From the NCBI GenBank assembly GCA_902622845.1, contig CACNRI010000002.1, forward strand, positions 85,035 through 149,034: DNA of 64,000 nucleotides, read 5' to 3'. Of this stretch, positions 41,761-51,167 are shown piece after piece (the stretch's first letter is position 1; every line of letters starts with the position of its first letter). Source of the stretch: an uncultured SAR86 cluster bacterium. GTDB taxonomy: Bacteria > Pseudomonadota > Gammaproteobacteria > Magnimaribacterales > D2472. Below the pieces are notes generated by a model. The model did not search any database. It was not told the origin of the DNA and saw only the letters and a list, made by a program, of their open reading frames with translations. Position numbers and translations under genes: made by a program.

Positions 41761-43131
41761 ATGAGCGAAATCTATTTATATGATTCTTTATCTAACAAAA
41801 AGAAAAAGTTTGAGCCAATAGATCAAAACCATGTCCGCATTTATGCTTGTGGACCTACAGTTTATAACTATGCACACATTGGTAACGCAAGGATGGCGGT
41901 AGTTTTTGATTCGTTTGTAAGGCTATTAAGAAATAAATATCCAAACGTTACATATGTATCAAACATTACTGATATAGATGACAAGATAATAGAAGCCGCA
42001 AATGAATCAAATATACCTATAAACGAATTAACAAAGAAATATACGAATATCTATAATGCAGATATGTCTTATTTGAATGTTCTTCATCCGGATATACAAC
42101 CAAAGGCAACAGAGTATGTTGAGGATATGATTAATTTTATTGATAAATTAATCCAGAAAGATAAAGCTTATGAAAAAGATGGGCATGTATTTTTTCATGT
42201 TCCTTCATATGAGGGGTATGGAAAATTATCAAACCGAGATATAGATCAGCAACTTGCTGGAAGCAGGGTGCAAGTCTCCGATATCAAAAAAAATCAACAG
42301 GATTTTGTTTTGTGGAAACCTTCAAGCGAAAGTCAGCCTGGATGGGAATCACCATGGGGCATTGGAAGGCCAGGATGGCATACAGAATGTTGTGTGATGT
42401 CTGAGGTGAATTTAAAAATACCTTTTGATATCCATGGTGGTGGGCAAGACTTACTCTTTCCGCATCATGAAAATGAAATTGCCCAATCTTGTGCAAGCGT
42501 TAATTCTGACAATCCTGAAGATTATGCTAAGTATTGGATACATAATGGTTTTGTAACAATAGATGGAGAAAAAATGTCAAAATCTCTTAATAATATTATT
42601 CTTCTAAATGATCTTTTAAAAGAACATGATGGAGAAACAATAAGACTAGCACTGTTATCTTCCCATTATCGAAAATCACTTGATTGGAATGACAATGTAA
42701 TAAAACAGTCAAAAGTATTGTTGGACAAAGTTTATGATTTTCTTGATACCTGTGACGATGATCTGGAAGGTGAAATTGATGAAAGTCTCATAGAAAACTT
42801 TTCTAATGATCTGGACATACCAAAAGTATTAACTTCCATTAATGAGCTTTTAAAAAATAGAAATTCCTTAAACACTCAAACCATCAAACAGTCTCTATTA
42901 TTTGCGGGGAGCATTTTAGGAGTATTTGATAAAAAACCATCAGAATGGAATAAGCAAATTGAAATTAGTGATTCTGAATTGGCAGAAATAGAAAAGCTAA
43001 TAAATGAAAGGAAAAATCTCAAAGAAAGCAAAGATTTTCGTGGCGCAGATGCAATAAGAGATTCATTATTAGAAAAAGGTATTGAGCTTATAGATTCTGA
43101 AGATGGCACCACTTGGAAATCTAAAAACTAA
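41761..43131 (+). CDS. cysS: cysteine--tRNA ligase
   Basis: CGPTVY..HIGN, DFVLWK, GRPGWHTEC, FPHHENE, KMSKS. Confidence 0.97.
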   Translation: MSEIYLYDSLSNKKKKFEPIDQNHVRIYACGPTVYNYAHIGNARMAVVFDSFVRLLRNKYPNVTYVSNITDIDDKIIEAANESNIPINELTKKYTNIYNADMSYLNVLHPDIQPKATEYVEDMINFIDKLIQKDKAYEKDGHVFFHVPSYEGYGKLSNRDIDQQLAGSRVQVSDIKKNQQDFVLWKPSSESQPGWESPWGIGRPGWHTECCVMSEVNLKIPFDIHGGGQDLLFPHHENEIAQSCASVNSDNPEDYAKYWIHNGFVTIDGEKMSKSLNNIILLNDLLKEHDGETIRLALLSSHYRKSLDWNDNVIKQSKVLLDKVYDFLDTCDDDLEGEIDESLIENFSNDLDIPKVLTSINELLKNRNSLNTQTIKQSLLFAGSILGVFDKKPSEWNKQIEISDSELAEIEKLINERKNLKESKDFRGADAIRDSLLEKGIELIDSEDGTTWKSKN

Positions 43132-43194
43132 TTTCACCAAATTCTTTCTTAACTGTAACAAACTTATAGTAATATTTAATAGGAGGATATTATT

Positions 43195-43629
43195 ATGAAA
43201 TATTTTTTATTATTAACATTTTCAATGTTTTCATTTGCAGACGATCATCGCATTTCAACAAATTTCTCAGACTGCGATGGAAAAGTTGTCAATTACTATG
43301 TTTCTAAAATTATTTCTGGTGGAAGTGTTGAAGGAATGATGAAAGCTAGCAAGATGCATCAAAACTTTTACGATGAGCAAGGCGCAAATGTAAAAGTTTA
43401 TCCAGCACTCCAGTATTTAAGAAATGATGATGGCACAGAAGAAAAACTTCATCGTATCTCAACAATGGTTGTTTGGGATAGTGTTAACTCATGGAACGAA
43501 TGGAGAGAGAGCATTGAAGCTTTATCTAAAGATGATAGAGAACTTGCTGATAAGCAATACAATGCCTTTGTTGCCATGTACAACAAGAATACTGAAGTTG
43601 TTGCTGAAAGAAGATGGTGTATGCTTTAA
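43195..43629 (+). CDS. secreted hypothetical protein (DABB/NIPSNAP-like)
   Basis: Signal MKYFLLLTFSMFSFA; AGGAGG RBS; one Cys near each end; own terminator; fold inferred. Confidence 0.75.
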   Translation: MKYFLLLTFSMFSFADDHRISTNFSDCDGKVVNYYVSKIISGGSVEGMMKASKMHQNFYDEQGANVKVYPALQYLRNDDGTEEKLHRISTMVVWDSVNSWNEWRESIEALSKDDRELADKQYNAFVAMYNKNTEVVAERRWCML

Positions 43630-43648
43630 ATTTTTGAGCTATTCAAGT

Positions 43649-43681
43649 AAAAAAAGCCAATACTAAGTATTGGCTTTTTTT
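43649..43681. terminator. bidirectional intrinsic terminator
   Basis: A7-GCCAATAC-TAA-GTATTGGC-T7 between convergent genes. Confidence 0.9.
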
Positions 43682-43695
43682 ATTACTATTTGAAT

Positions 43696-44061
43696 TTAAA
43701 CAAGCGCGCATGCCATAGCAATTAAAGATCCAATTGAACCAAAGTATGCAAGTGTTCTCAAATATTTTATGCCCCCAATATAGCAAACTCCATGAGCTAC
43801 TCTAAATATTAACCACCAACAGGCAGCATTAGTGACATCAATATCCAATATCATGGATAAAAGTGCCAATGCTAAGAAAGCTGGTAAGCTTTCTTGAAGA
43901 TTTGATCCTGCCTTATTTGCTCTTGCAAGAAGTGGCGTCTCCTCAATCGAAGTTTCTCTATTTCCTATCATCCAATTGAGATTTTTTATATTAATAGTCA
44001 TTGGGATAAGCCAAATTTGAAGAATAGCTAGCACTAATGACATAACAATTAAGGTTTCCAT
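43696..44061 (-). CDS. MAPEG family membrane protein
   Basis: RANKAGSNLQESLPAF and FRVAHGVCYIGGI..LRT pattern; four TM segments; GGAG RBS before ATG 44061. Confidence 0.85.
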   Translation of the reverse strand: METLIVMSLVLAILQIWLIPMTINIKNLNWMIGNRETSIEETPLLARANKAGSNLQESLPAFLALALLSMILDIDVTNAACWWLIFRVAHGVCYIGGIKYLRTLAYFGSIGSLIAMACALV

Positions 44062-44146
44062 AATCACTCCAAAAAATGTTAAAAAATAAGACTAGCAGTG
44101 TGAATTTATAAATTCAACAACAAATACTTTAGAATAAGCAATACAA

Positions 44147-45991
44147 ATGCCAACTCTAAAAGAAAATAAAACTTTAATAGCAATTGCATCGCTGATACTT
44201 CTCTTTAGTTATTTAGCTTCATTATTTCTCACAAGCTTTGGATCAGTGGAAGTGAAAAGCTTAAGATTAGATACACAAAATGGGCAGTATATAATTTATG
44301 ATCTCTATAAACCAAAGACAGCAACAAAGGATAGTAAAGCTCCTTTTATAGCCATCATTCCAGGATTTCAAAGATCTAAAGAAGCTCTATCGAATATAGC
44401 TATTGAGCTCTCTAGAAGAGGATATGTAATTGCTTTAATTGATCCATATGCGCAAGGACTCTCTTCGGCATCTCTCAGTACTAGGGCTGCAACTACCGAA
44501 GGATATGGCATGTTTGCACTAGTAGAACACATTCACTCCGGAGCTTTTGAATTTGTTGATACAAATAAAATAGGAGCCACGGGTCATTCAATGGGAGGTA
44601 ATGCAGCTATCAGGGGAGCCGATTTTTTTGGAAAACAGGCAACTGAAAAAAATATAAAAAGTAAATTAGATTCTGTTTACGTCTCCGGTTATGTCCTTAC
44701 TTTAAGAAATAATATCTTAAGAAACTCAAGATCAAATATGGGTGTTAGCTATGCCCTATATGATGAAGGAGCTTTCAGAAATGAGCTGAGCGGATGGGAT
44801 TCTGCCAACATGAAAATTGCACCTGAATCTCTGCGAGTCGTAAATAATATTCTTTCAACAGATCAGCAAATTGAGGAAGTTGATTTGGGTAAATATTATG
44901 GATCTAAAGAAAATAATACTCTTAGAGTGATTTTCAATGAACCGGTATTACATCCTTTTCAGCCATATAATTTTGAAGCAACCTCAAATCAACTAGATTA
45001 TTTTGAAAAAGTCTTTGGAGCTCCAAAATATATTAATTCAGTTAATCAAATTTGGCATTGGAAAGAAATTTTTACTCTTATAAATATGGTCTTAGCATTA
45101 TCTATGCTTATTCCGCTAACTAAACTCCTCTTAAGTTTTAATTTTTTTTCATCAATTAGTAAAAACATACCAGTACCTTTAAATACTCCTAAAAGAGAGG
45201 GAAAAATTATCTTCTGGAGTATTTTTTTTATCAGTGCCCTTATAGCTTGCGTAACATTTATCCCCATGGTTGAGGTTGCAAAGATTTTATTTGAAGATGC
45301 TGCAAATAGGAAATTAACATGGTTTTTCCCGCAAAGAATGAATAATCCTGTGATGTTATGGGCAGCATTCAATGGCGCATTGGGCATTATTATTTTTTAT
45401 CTTTCTTATAAACTATTTGGGAAAAAAAATGGTGTTAGTTCAGAATCTTGGGGCCTTAAGATAAACAAAAATGATTTTTTTAAGACCATTATTCTAGCAT
45501 TCGTAATATTCAGTACTTTTTATATTTTCCTGTATATAAATTATTATCTTTTTCACGTTGATTACAGGTTTTGGTTTATGGGTGTGAGAATATTTCAACC
45601 TGAAATGCTTATTGTTCTAATGATGTATTTTCCTTTATTTTTTATATTTTTCTTTTCAAATTCTTTAAGAGTCAATGGTGCCATGAGATTTAAGGATCAA
45701 CCAGAGTGGCTATCAATGCTGATTGCAGGCTTTGCAAATTCGCTTGGATTAATGCTAATTATAATTATTCAATATTTTGCATTCTTTAAAACTGGAACCG
45801 TTTTTTGGACAACAAATTGGTTAAGCGTAAATCTTCTTTTTGGAATTGTTCCAATGATGTTTATCTTGCCATATTTTAATAGAATATTTTTCAATATGAC
45901 TGGAAGAGTATATCTTGGACCATTAATTACGTGTTTAATATTTATAATGATACTATCGACAAATACAGTAGTTTATCTTCCAATAGATTAA
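44147..45991 (+). CDS. membrane-embedded alpha/beta hydrolase
   Basis: N-terminal TM; PGF oxyanion region; GHSMGG nucleophile elbow; about 8 C-terminal TM segments. Confidence 0.82.
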   Translation: MPTLKENKTLIAIASLILLFSYLASLFLTSFGSVEVKSLRLDTQNGQYIIYDLYKPKTATKDSKAPFIAIIPGFQRSKEALSNIAIELSRRGYVIALIDPYAQGLSSASLSTRAATTEGYGMFALVEHIHSGAFEFVDTNKIGATGHSMGGNAAIRGADFFGKQATEKNIKSKLDSVYVSGYVLTLRNNILRNSRSNMGVSYALYDEGAFRNELSGWDSANMKIAPESLRVVNNILSTDQQIEEVDLGKYYGSKENNTLRVIFNEPVLHPFQPYNFEATSNQLDYFEKVFGAPKYINSVNQIWHWKEIFTLINMVLALSMLIPLTKLLLSFNFFSSISKNIPVPLNTPKREGKIIFWSIFFISALIACVTFIPMVEVAKILFEDAANRKLTWFFPQRMNNPVMLWAAFNGALGIIIFYLSYKLFGKKNGVSSESWGLKINKNDFFKTIILAFVIFSTFYIFLYINYYLFHVDYRFWFMGVRIFQPEMLIVLMMYFPLFFIFFFSNSLRVNGAMRFKDQPEWLSMLIAGFANSLGLMLIIIIQYFAFFKTGTVFWTTNWLSVNLLFGIVPMMFILPYFNRIFFNMTGRVYLGPLITCLIFIMILSTNTVVYLPID

Positions 45992-45992
45992 G

Positions 45993-47261
45993 ATGAAAAA
46001 GAATAAAATATTATTTGCACTTTTGTTCCTCGCAAGCTGTGGCGGAGGCGGGGGTGGAGGTATGGAAGTTCCATTGAATAGCCCGCCTGTCATTACTAAT
46101 AGCTCTTCTTCCTACTCGGTATTAGAAAATCAAAACTTTGCTTTTACTCTTCAAGGATCCGATCCTGATGGTGATACCGTCAGTTTTAATATTTTTGCCG
46201 GTGAGGATCAAAATTCGTTTGCAATAAATGATAGTAATCAAGTTATTTTTTTAACTAATCCAGATTTTGAGAATCCCACAGACTCAAATAATGATAATGT
46301 TTTTGAAGTTTCAATAAGAGCCTTTGATGGTAGTTCGTATTCATCTGGATATGACTTTAATATAACTGTCCTAGATGATGAGAGTGATAATGGAGATGGT
46401 GTTGTTACACCAAACTGTTCTGAACAAACTCCGGACACCTCTTATTGCACATTAAGTTGGGAAAGTCGCTCTCGTGAATTTTATATTGTTACACCAGAAA
46501 ATTTTTCGATCGATCAAAATTTACCACTTTTAATTAGTCTTCATGGCGGAGATGATTATGCAGATGCAAACATGGAATATACTGGATTTAAAACTATTAA
46601 AGATGAAAATAACGTTGTTCTCATGTTTCCACAAGGAACAGTAGCGGAGGGAAAAGGATCAACAGGCTGGTATGCCGGAGGCGACTGTACAGCTTTGGAG
46701 GTCTGTGATCTTTCCTATATCGAAGCATTAATAGATTTTTCAGTTAACGACTTAGGAATAAATCCCGAAATGGTTTATGTCTCAGGTTTTTCTAACGGAG
46801 CTTTTATGGCATATACCCTCGCTTGTTTTTTAAGCAATAAAGTTGCAGCTTTTGCTCCAGTTGCGGGCTCACTTTCACCAGAAGACTATGATAGTTGTAA
46901 TCCCCAAAGGCCAGTCCCAATTATTCATATCCATGGAGTTAATGACTCCCAAATTCCAGTTCAAGGAAATGATTACGTAACCCCTGTTCAACTAGTATTC
47001 AATTACTGGAGTAGTTTCAATGAATGTAGTTCAACTTCTGTAATTGATGGAGATGATAATAATGGCGATGGGTATGGCTGGTACTCAGATGTATCATCAG
47101 GCTGCCAGCAAGGAGTTAGCATTAATTATACCTATTTAGAAAATTTTGATCATTACTGGCCAAGCAGCAATGCTGATAAGGGAGGGGGTTCTGATATAAA
47201 TGGAGCAACATATATTTGGGACTTTTTATCAAAATACGATATCAATGGCTTGAGAAACTAA
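45993..47261 (+). CDS. lipoprotein: cadherin-like domain + PHB-depolymerase/LpqC-type esterase
   Basis: Lipobox LASC-G6; PDFENPTDSNNDNVFEV..A.DG cadherin-like motif; LHG, GFSNG, HG.ND, HYWP triad motifs. Confidence 0.85.
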   Translation: MKKNKILFALLFLASCGGGGGGGMEVPLNSPPVITNSSSSYSVLENQNFAFTLQGSDPDGDTVSFNIFAGEDQNSFAINDSNQVIFLTNPDFENPTDSNNDNVFEVSIRAFDGSSYSSGYDFNITVLDDESDNGDGVVTPNCSEQTPDTSYCTLSWESRSREFYIVTPENFSIDQNLPLLISLHGGDDYADANMEYTGFKTIKDENNVVLMFPQGTVAEGKGSTGWYAGGDCTALEVCDLSYIEALIDFSVNDLGINPEMVYVSGFSNGAFMAYTLACFLSNKVAAFAPVAGSLSPEDYDSCNPQRPVPIIHIHGVNDSQIPVQGNDYVTPVQLVFNYWSSFNECSSTSVIDGDDNNGDGYGWYSDVSSGCQQGVSINYTYLENFDHYWPSSNADKGGGSDINGATYIWDFLSKYDINGLRN

Positions 47262-48212
47262 ATGAGATTTTATCAACTCTCCCTTTTATTTACCTTAATA
47301 ATAATAAGTTCCTGTGGTGGGGGATCATCTTTAAGTGAAATTGAAATAGATTCTGAAGTCGATAGCTCTGATGAGCCCTGTATCAACTATCAAACCAGTC
47401 TTGGTGAAGGTACTACTTTAAATTGCAGGATTGTTTATGACAATGTTATCAGACAATTTTATATTTATCTTGGGAGCACTTATCAATCAACTTCACCAGT
47501 TTTATTTAGTTTGCATGGATACACAAGTAGGGCTCTTTGGAATATGAATTATACTGGATTTCAATCAATAGCAGATGAGTTTGGTTTCATAGTTGTCTAT
47601 CCCCAAGGCACTCTTTTACCAGCAACTGGGCAAACTCATTGGAACGTTGGTGGATGGACAACTAGCAGCATCACTGATGATGTTGGATTCCTTAACGAAG
47701 TGATTGATTTTCTAGATGATGAGTATTCAATTAATTTAAAGAAAATATATTCAACAGGCATGTCAAATGGAGGTTACATGAGTTACAAGCTTGCCTGTGA
47801 CTTAAGCTCGAGGATTGCAGCAGTTGTCTCTGTAACTGGTTCGATGACTGTTGAAACTGTAGAAGGTTGTAATCCATCTCATCCTACATCAATTGCACAA
47901 ATTCATGGATTAGAAGATTCTGTAGTTAGTTACTACGGTAATGCTTTTAGTAAACCAATCGAAGAGGTAATGGATTACTGGATAGACTACAATAATTGTT
48001 CTTCTGAGCCTAATACATCTGATATAGGCGGAAGCAATGGAGGAGGAATTCATGATGTATATTCTGGCTGCGATAACCAAACTAATGTTGAATTATTTCT
48101 CATGACTAATATGGGACATGATTGGCCAAATATTAATGATCATGATCTGCAAGCATCAACAACAATATGGGATTTTTTATCAAAATACGATATTGATGGA
48201 TTAATTGAGTAA
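47262..48212 (+). CDS. lipoprotein PHB-depolymerase/LpqC-type esterase
   Basis: Lipobox ISSC; LHGY, YPQG, DDVGF, GMSNGG, HGLED, GHDWP. Confidence 0.87.
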   Translation: MRFYQLSLLFTLIIISSCGGGSSLSEIEIDSEVDSSDEPCINYQTSLGEGTTLNCRIVYDNVIRQFYIYLGSTYQSTSPVLFSLHGYTSRALWNMNYTGFQSIADEFGFIVVYPQGTLLPATGQTHWNVGGWTTSSITDDVGFLNEVIDFLDDEYSINLKKIYSTGMSNGGYMSYKLACDLSSRIAAVVSVTGSMTVETVEGCNPSHPTSIAQIHGLEDSVVSYYGNAFSKPIEEVMDYWIDYNNCSSEPNTSDIGGSNGGGIHDVYSGCDNQTNVELFLMTNMGHDWPNINDHDLQASTTIWDFLSKYDIDGLIE

Positions 48213-48241
48213 TACTATTAAAATAGTGTAAAAAAATTAAT

Positions 48242-50176
48242 ATGGAAATAAATTTACCAGATGGATCTTCAAAAAAGTTAGAGCTAGGCTCTAACGGGCT
48301 AGATCTTGCAAAATCTATTGGTTCTAGGCTTGCAAAAAGTGCTGTAGCTGTATTAGTGGATGGTGAACAGAGAGATTTACTAGATGAGCTTCCTGATAAA
48401 GCTTCTGTATCGATTATTACAATTGAATCTGAAGAGGGCCTTCAAATAATGAGACATACCCTCACTGCACAAGTTCTTGCAAAAGCAGTAAAAAATTTAT
48501 ATGCAGATTCTAAGTTGGCTATTGGACCGACAATTGAAAATGGATTTTACTATGATGTTTCAACTAAAACACCAATATCTATTGAAGATTTACCTAGAAT
48601 AGAAAATGAAATGATAAGAATATTGGAAAAGAAATCTAATATTATTAAAACTTTACATTCTGAAAAAGATGCAAAAAAATTATTTAAAGAAAGGGGTGAA
48701 AGCTTCAAAATTGAAATAATTGATGATGCTGATCAAACTGATAACTTTCAAATTTATACAAATAATGATGCAGATTTTATTGATTTATGCAGAGGACCAC
48801 ACCTACCAAACCTGTCTTTTGTAGGGGCTTTTAAGCTTACCAAAGTCTCTGGAGCATACTGGAAAGGTGACTCCTCTAACGAAATGCTTACAAGAATTTA
48901 CGGAACTGCGTGGAGAAATGAAAAAGAGCTACAAGAACATCTTAAGTCTATTGAGGAAGCAGAAAAAAGAGATCATAGGAAAATTGGAAAAGATATGGAT
49001 CTTTTCCATTTTCAAGATGAAGCTCCAGGCATGGTTTTTTGGCATCCAAAAGGCTGGTCTATTTATTCAACTCTAAAATCTTATATGTCAGATATGCAAA
49101 AGAAAGCTGACTATAAGGAAATTAATACTCCATTAGTGATAGATAGGAAGCTTTGGGAAAAATCGGGACATTGGGATAAATATAGAGAAAACATGTTTAT
49201 TACTGAAATCGATGAAGAGCATGCAAATGAGAAAAGAGTAAATGCTTTGAAACCTATGAATTGTCCCGGACATGTTCAAGTTTATAACCAAGGCGTAAGA
49301 TCATATAAAGAACTTCCATTTAGATTATGTGAATTTGGTTCATGTCATCGATATGAAGCATCAGGTACCATGCATGGTTTAATGAGAGTAAGGGGTTTCA
49401 CGCAAGATGATGGGCATATTTTCCTTACAGAGGATCAAATCGAGTCGGAAACAGCGATCTTTATTGATTTACTATCAAAGGTTTATGCTGACCTTGGATT
49501 TAATGAATTTGAAATTAAACTGTCAACACGTCCTGAACAAAGAGTCGGATCTGATGAAATTTGGGACAAAGCTGAATTGTCTCTAAAAAATGCAATCGAA
49601 AAACTTGGATTGGAATATAGAATTGATGAAGGAGATGGAGCATTTTATGGTCCAAAATTAGATTTTGTATTAACAGATGCTATTGGAAGAAAGTGGCAAT
49701 GCGGAACTCTTCAGCTAGATTTCAATCTTGCTGATCGACTAGATGCTCAATATGTTGCAGAGGATGGAAATAAATATAATCCAGTTATGTTCCATAGAGC
49801 AATTCTTGGTTCTTTTGAAAGATTCATAGGTATTTTAATTGAGAACTACAGTGGAAATCTTCCTTTATGGCTAGCTCCAACTCAAGTGACTGTTTGTTCA
49901 GTTACAGATGAGGCTGATGATTATGTAAAAGAAATATCTGAAATATTAAGAAGTAAAAATATTCGATGTAACTCAGATTTAAGAAATGAAAAAATTAGCT
50001 ATAAAGTTAGAGAGCATAGTGTCTCAAAAGTACCTATAATTATTGCTGTTGGAAAAAAAGAGGTTTCAGACAGAACTGTTTCAATAAGAAGGCTTGGCAG
50101 TGATGAAACATCTATATTATCCCTTGATGATTTTACAACTTCAGTAGTACAAGAATCTCTTGCCCCAAATAAATAA
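48242..50176 (+). CDS. thrS: threonine--tRNA ligase
   Basis: TGS domain, DLCRGPH, RDHRKIG, KPMNCPGH, RVRGFTQDD, GAFYGPK, HRAILGSFERF. Confidence 0.98.
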   Translation: MEINLPDGSSKKLELGSNGLDLAKSIGSRLAKSAVAVLVDGEQRDLLDELPDKASVSIITIESEEGLQIMRHTLTAQVLAKAVKNLYADSKLAIGPTIENGFYYDVSTKTPISIEDLPRIENEMIRILEKKSNIIKTLHSEKDAKKLFKERGESFKIEIIDDADQTDNFQIYTNNDADFIDLCRGPHLPNLSFVGAFKLTKVSGAYWKGDSSNEMLTRIYGTAWRNEKELQEHLKSIEEAEKRDHRKIGKDMDLFHFQDEAPGMVFWHPKGWSIYSTLKSYMSDMQKKADYKEINTPLVIDRKLWEKSGHWDKYRENMFITEIDEEHANEKRVNALKPMNCPGHVQVYNQGVRSYKELPFRLCEFGSCHRYEASGTMHGLMRVRGFTQDDGHIFLTEDQIESETAIFIDLLSKVYADLGFNEFEIKLSTRPEQRVGSDEIWDKAELSLKNAIEKLGLEYRIDEGDGAFYGPKLDFVLTDAIGRKWQCGTLQLDFNLADRLDAQYVAEDGNKYNPVMFHRAILGSFERFIGILIENYSGNLPLWLAPTQVTVCSVTDEADDYVKEISEILRSKNIRCNSDLRNEKISYKVREHSVSKVPIIIAVGKKEVSDRTVSIRRLGSDETSILSLDDFTTSVVQESLAPNK

Positions 50177-50177
50177 A

Positions 50178-50399
50178 ATGATCGGCAAATTTTTTATTGC
50201 AGTAATCAAAATTTATCAAAAGTTTTTTTCGCCATTGCTTGGAAGTAATTGTAGGTTCCAGCCAACATGCTCCACATATACTATTGAGGCTATTAAGAAA
50301 TTTGGTGCTCTCTCGGGAATCATTTTAGGATTTAGAAGAATCCTTAAGTGCAGACCTGGTGGAGAGTGTGGGTATGACCCGGTACCAGAGGAGTTGTAA
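50178..50399 (+). CDS. yidD: membrane protein insertion efficiency factor
   Basis: YQKFFSPLLGSNCRFQPTCSTY...RILKCRP..GYDPVP. Confidence 0.93.
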   Translation: MIGKFFIAVIKIYQKFFSPLLGSNCRFQPTCSTYTIEAIKKFGALSGIILGFRRILKCRPGGECGYDPVPEEL

Positions 50400-51166
50400 T
50401 GATTTTTGATATATTTACTAGTAACTTCTATCTACTTTTAAGCCTTTGGATTGGTGTTGCATTCATTACTTTCTTCTATCTTTTCTTCGTTACTGCACCG
50501 TATGGCCGCCATGCTAATACTAATTGGGGGCCTTCAATGGATGCTAGATGGGGTTGGATAGTTATGGAATCTCCATCTGTATTCTTAATAGGGGGTCTAT
50601 GTATATTTTTTAGGGAAAATCTAAGCCTAGTATCATCAATTTTTGTACTAATTTATATTTTTCATTATTTCCATAGGACCTTAATTTGGCCTTTTATTGC
50701 TGAAATGGATGGTAAAAAGATGCCTATTTTTGTGGCTTTTCTAGCATTTGTTTTTAACATTTTTAATGTCCTTTTTCAGTGTACATGGATTCTTTTTATT
50801 GCAAATTATGAGAAAAGCTGGCTTACAAGTTTTCCATTTATTTTAGGAATATTAATCTTTGTAGCTGGATTCTATATAAATGTTAGATCTGACTATATGC
50901 TTATTAATTTGAGAAAAGATAAAGGACCTGGATATCATATTCCAGGGGGATTTCTGTATGAAAAAATATCTGCTCCAAACTACTTTGGAGAGATGTTAGA
51001 GTGGCTTGGGTGGACAATAGCTAGTTTAAGCCCTTCCGGATTAGCTTTCTTTATTTGGACATCTGCAAATCTCATACCAAGAGGAATTTCCAATCATAAG
51101 TGGTGTAATGAAAATATAGAGAACTATCCTCAAGGCAGAAAAGCAGTCATTCCAGGCATTATTTAA
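50399..51166 (+). CDS. steroid 5-alpha-reductase (SRD5A/DET2) family membrane reductase
   Basis: APYGRH, W..MESP, HYFHR, D..L..LR, Y.IP.G, PNYFGE..EW.G, NL.PR...HKW. Confidence 0.88.
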   Translation: MIFDIFTSNFYLLLSLWIGVAFITFFYLFFVTAPYGRHANTNWGPSMDARWGWIVMESPSVFLIGGLCIFFRENLSLVSSIFVLIYIFHYFHRTLIWPFIAEMDGKKMPIFVAFLAFVFNIFNVLFQCTWILFIANYEKSWLTSFPFILGILIFVAGFYINVRSDYMLINLRKDKGPGYHIPGGFLYEKISAPNYFGEMLEWLGWTIASLSPSGLAFFIWTSANLIPRGISNHKWCNENIENYPQGRKAVIPGII

Positions 51167-51167
51167 A

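Noticed and set aside
46040-46062. GC-rich GGC/GGA/GGG run as a repeat or contingency locus
   Set aside because: Encodes the Gly linker after the lipobox Cys using mixed codons; not a slippage tract
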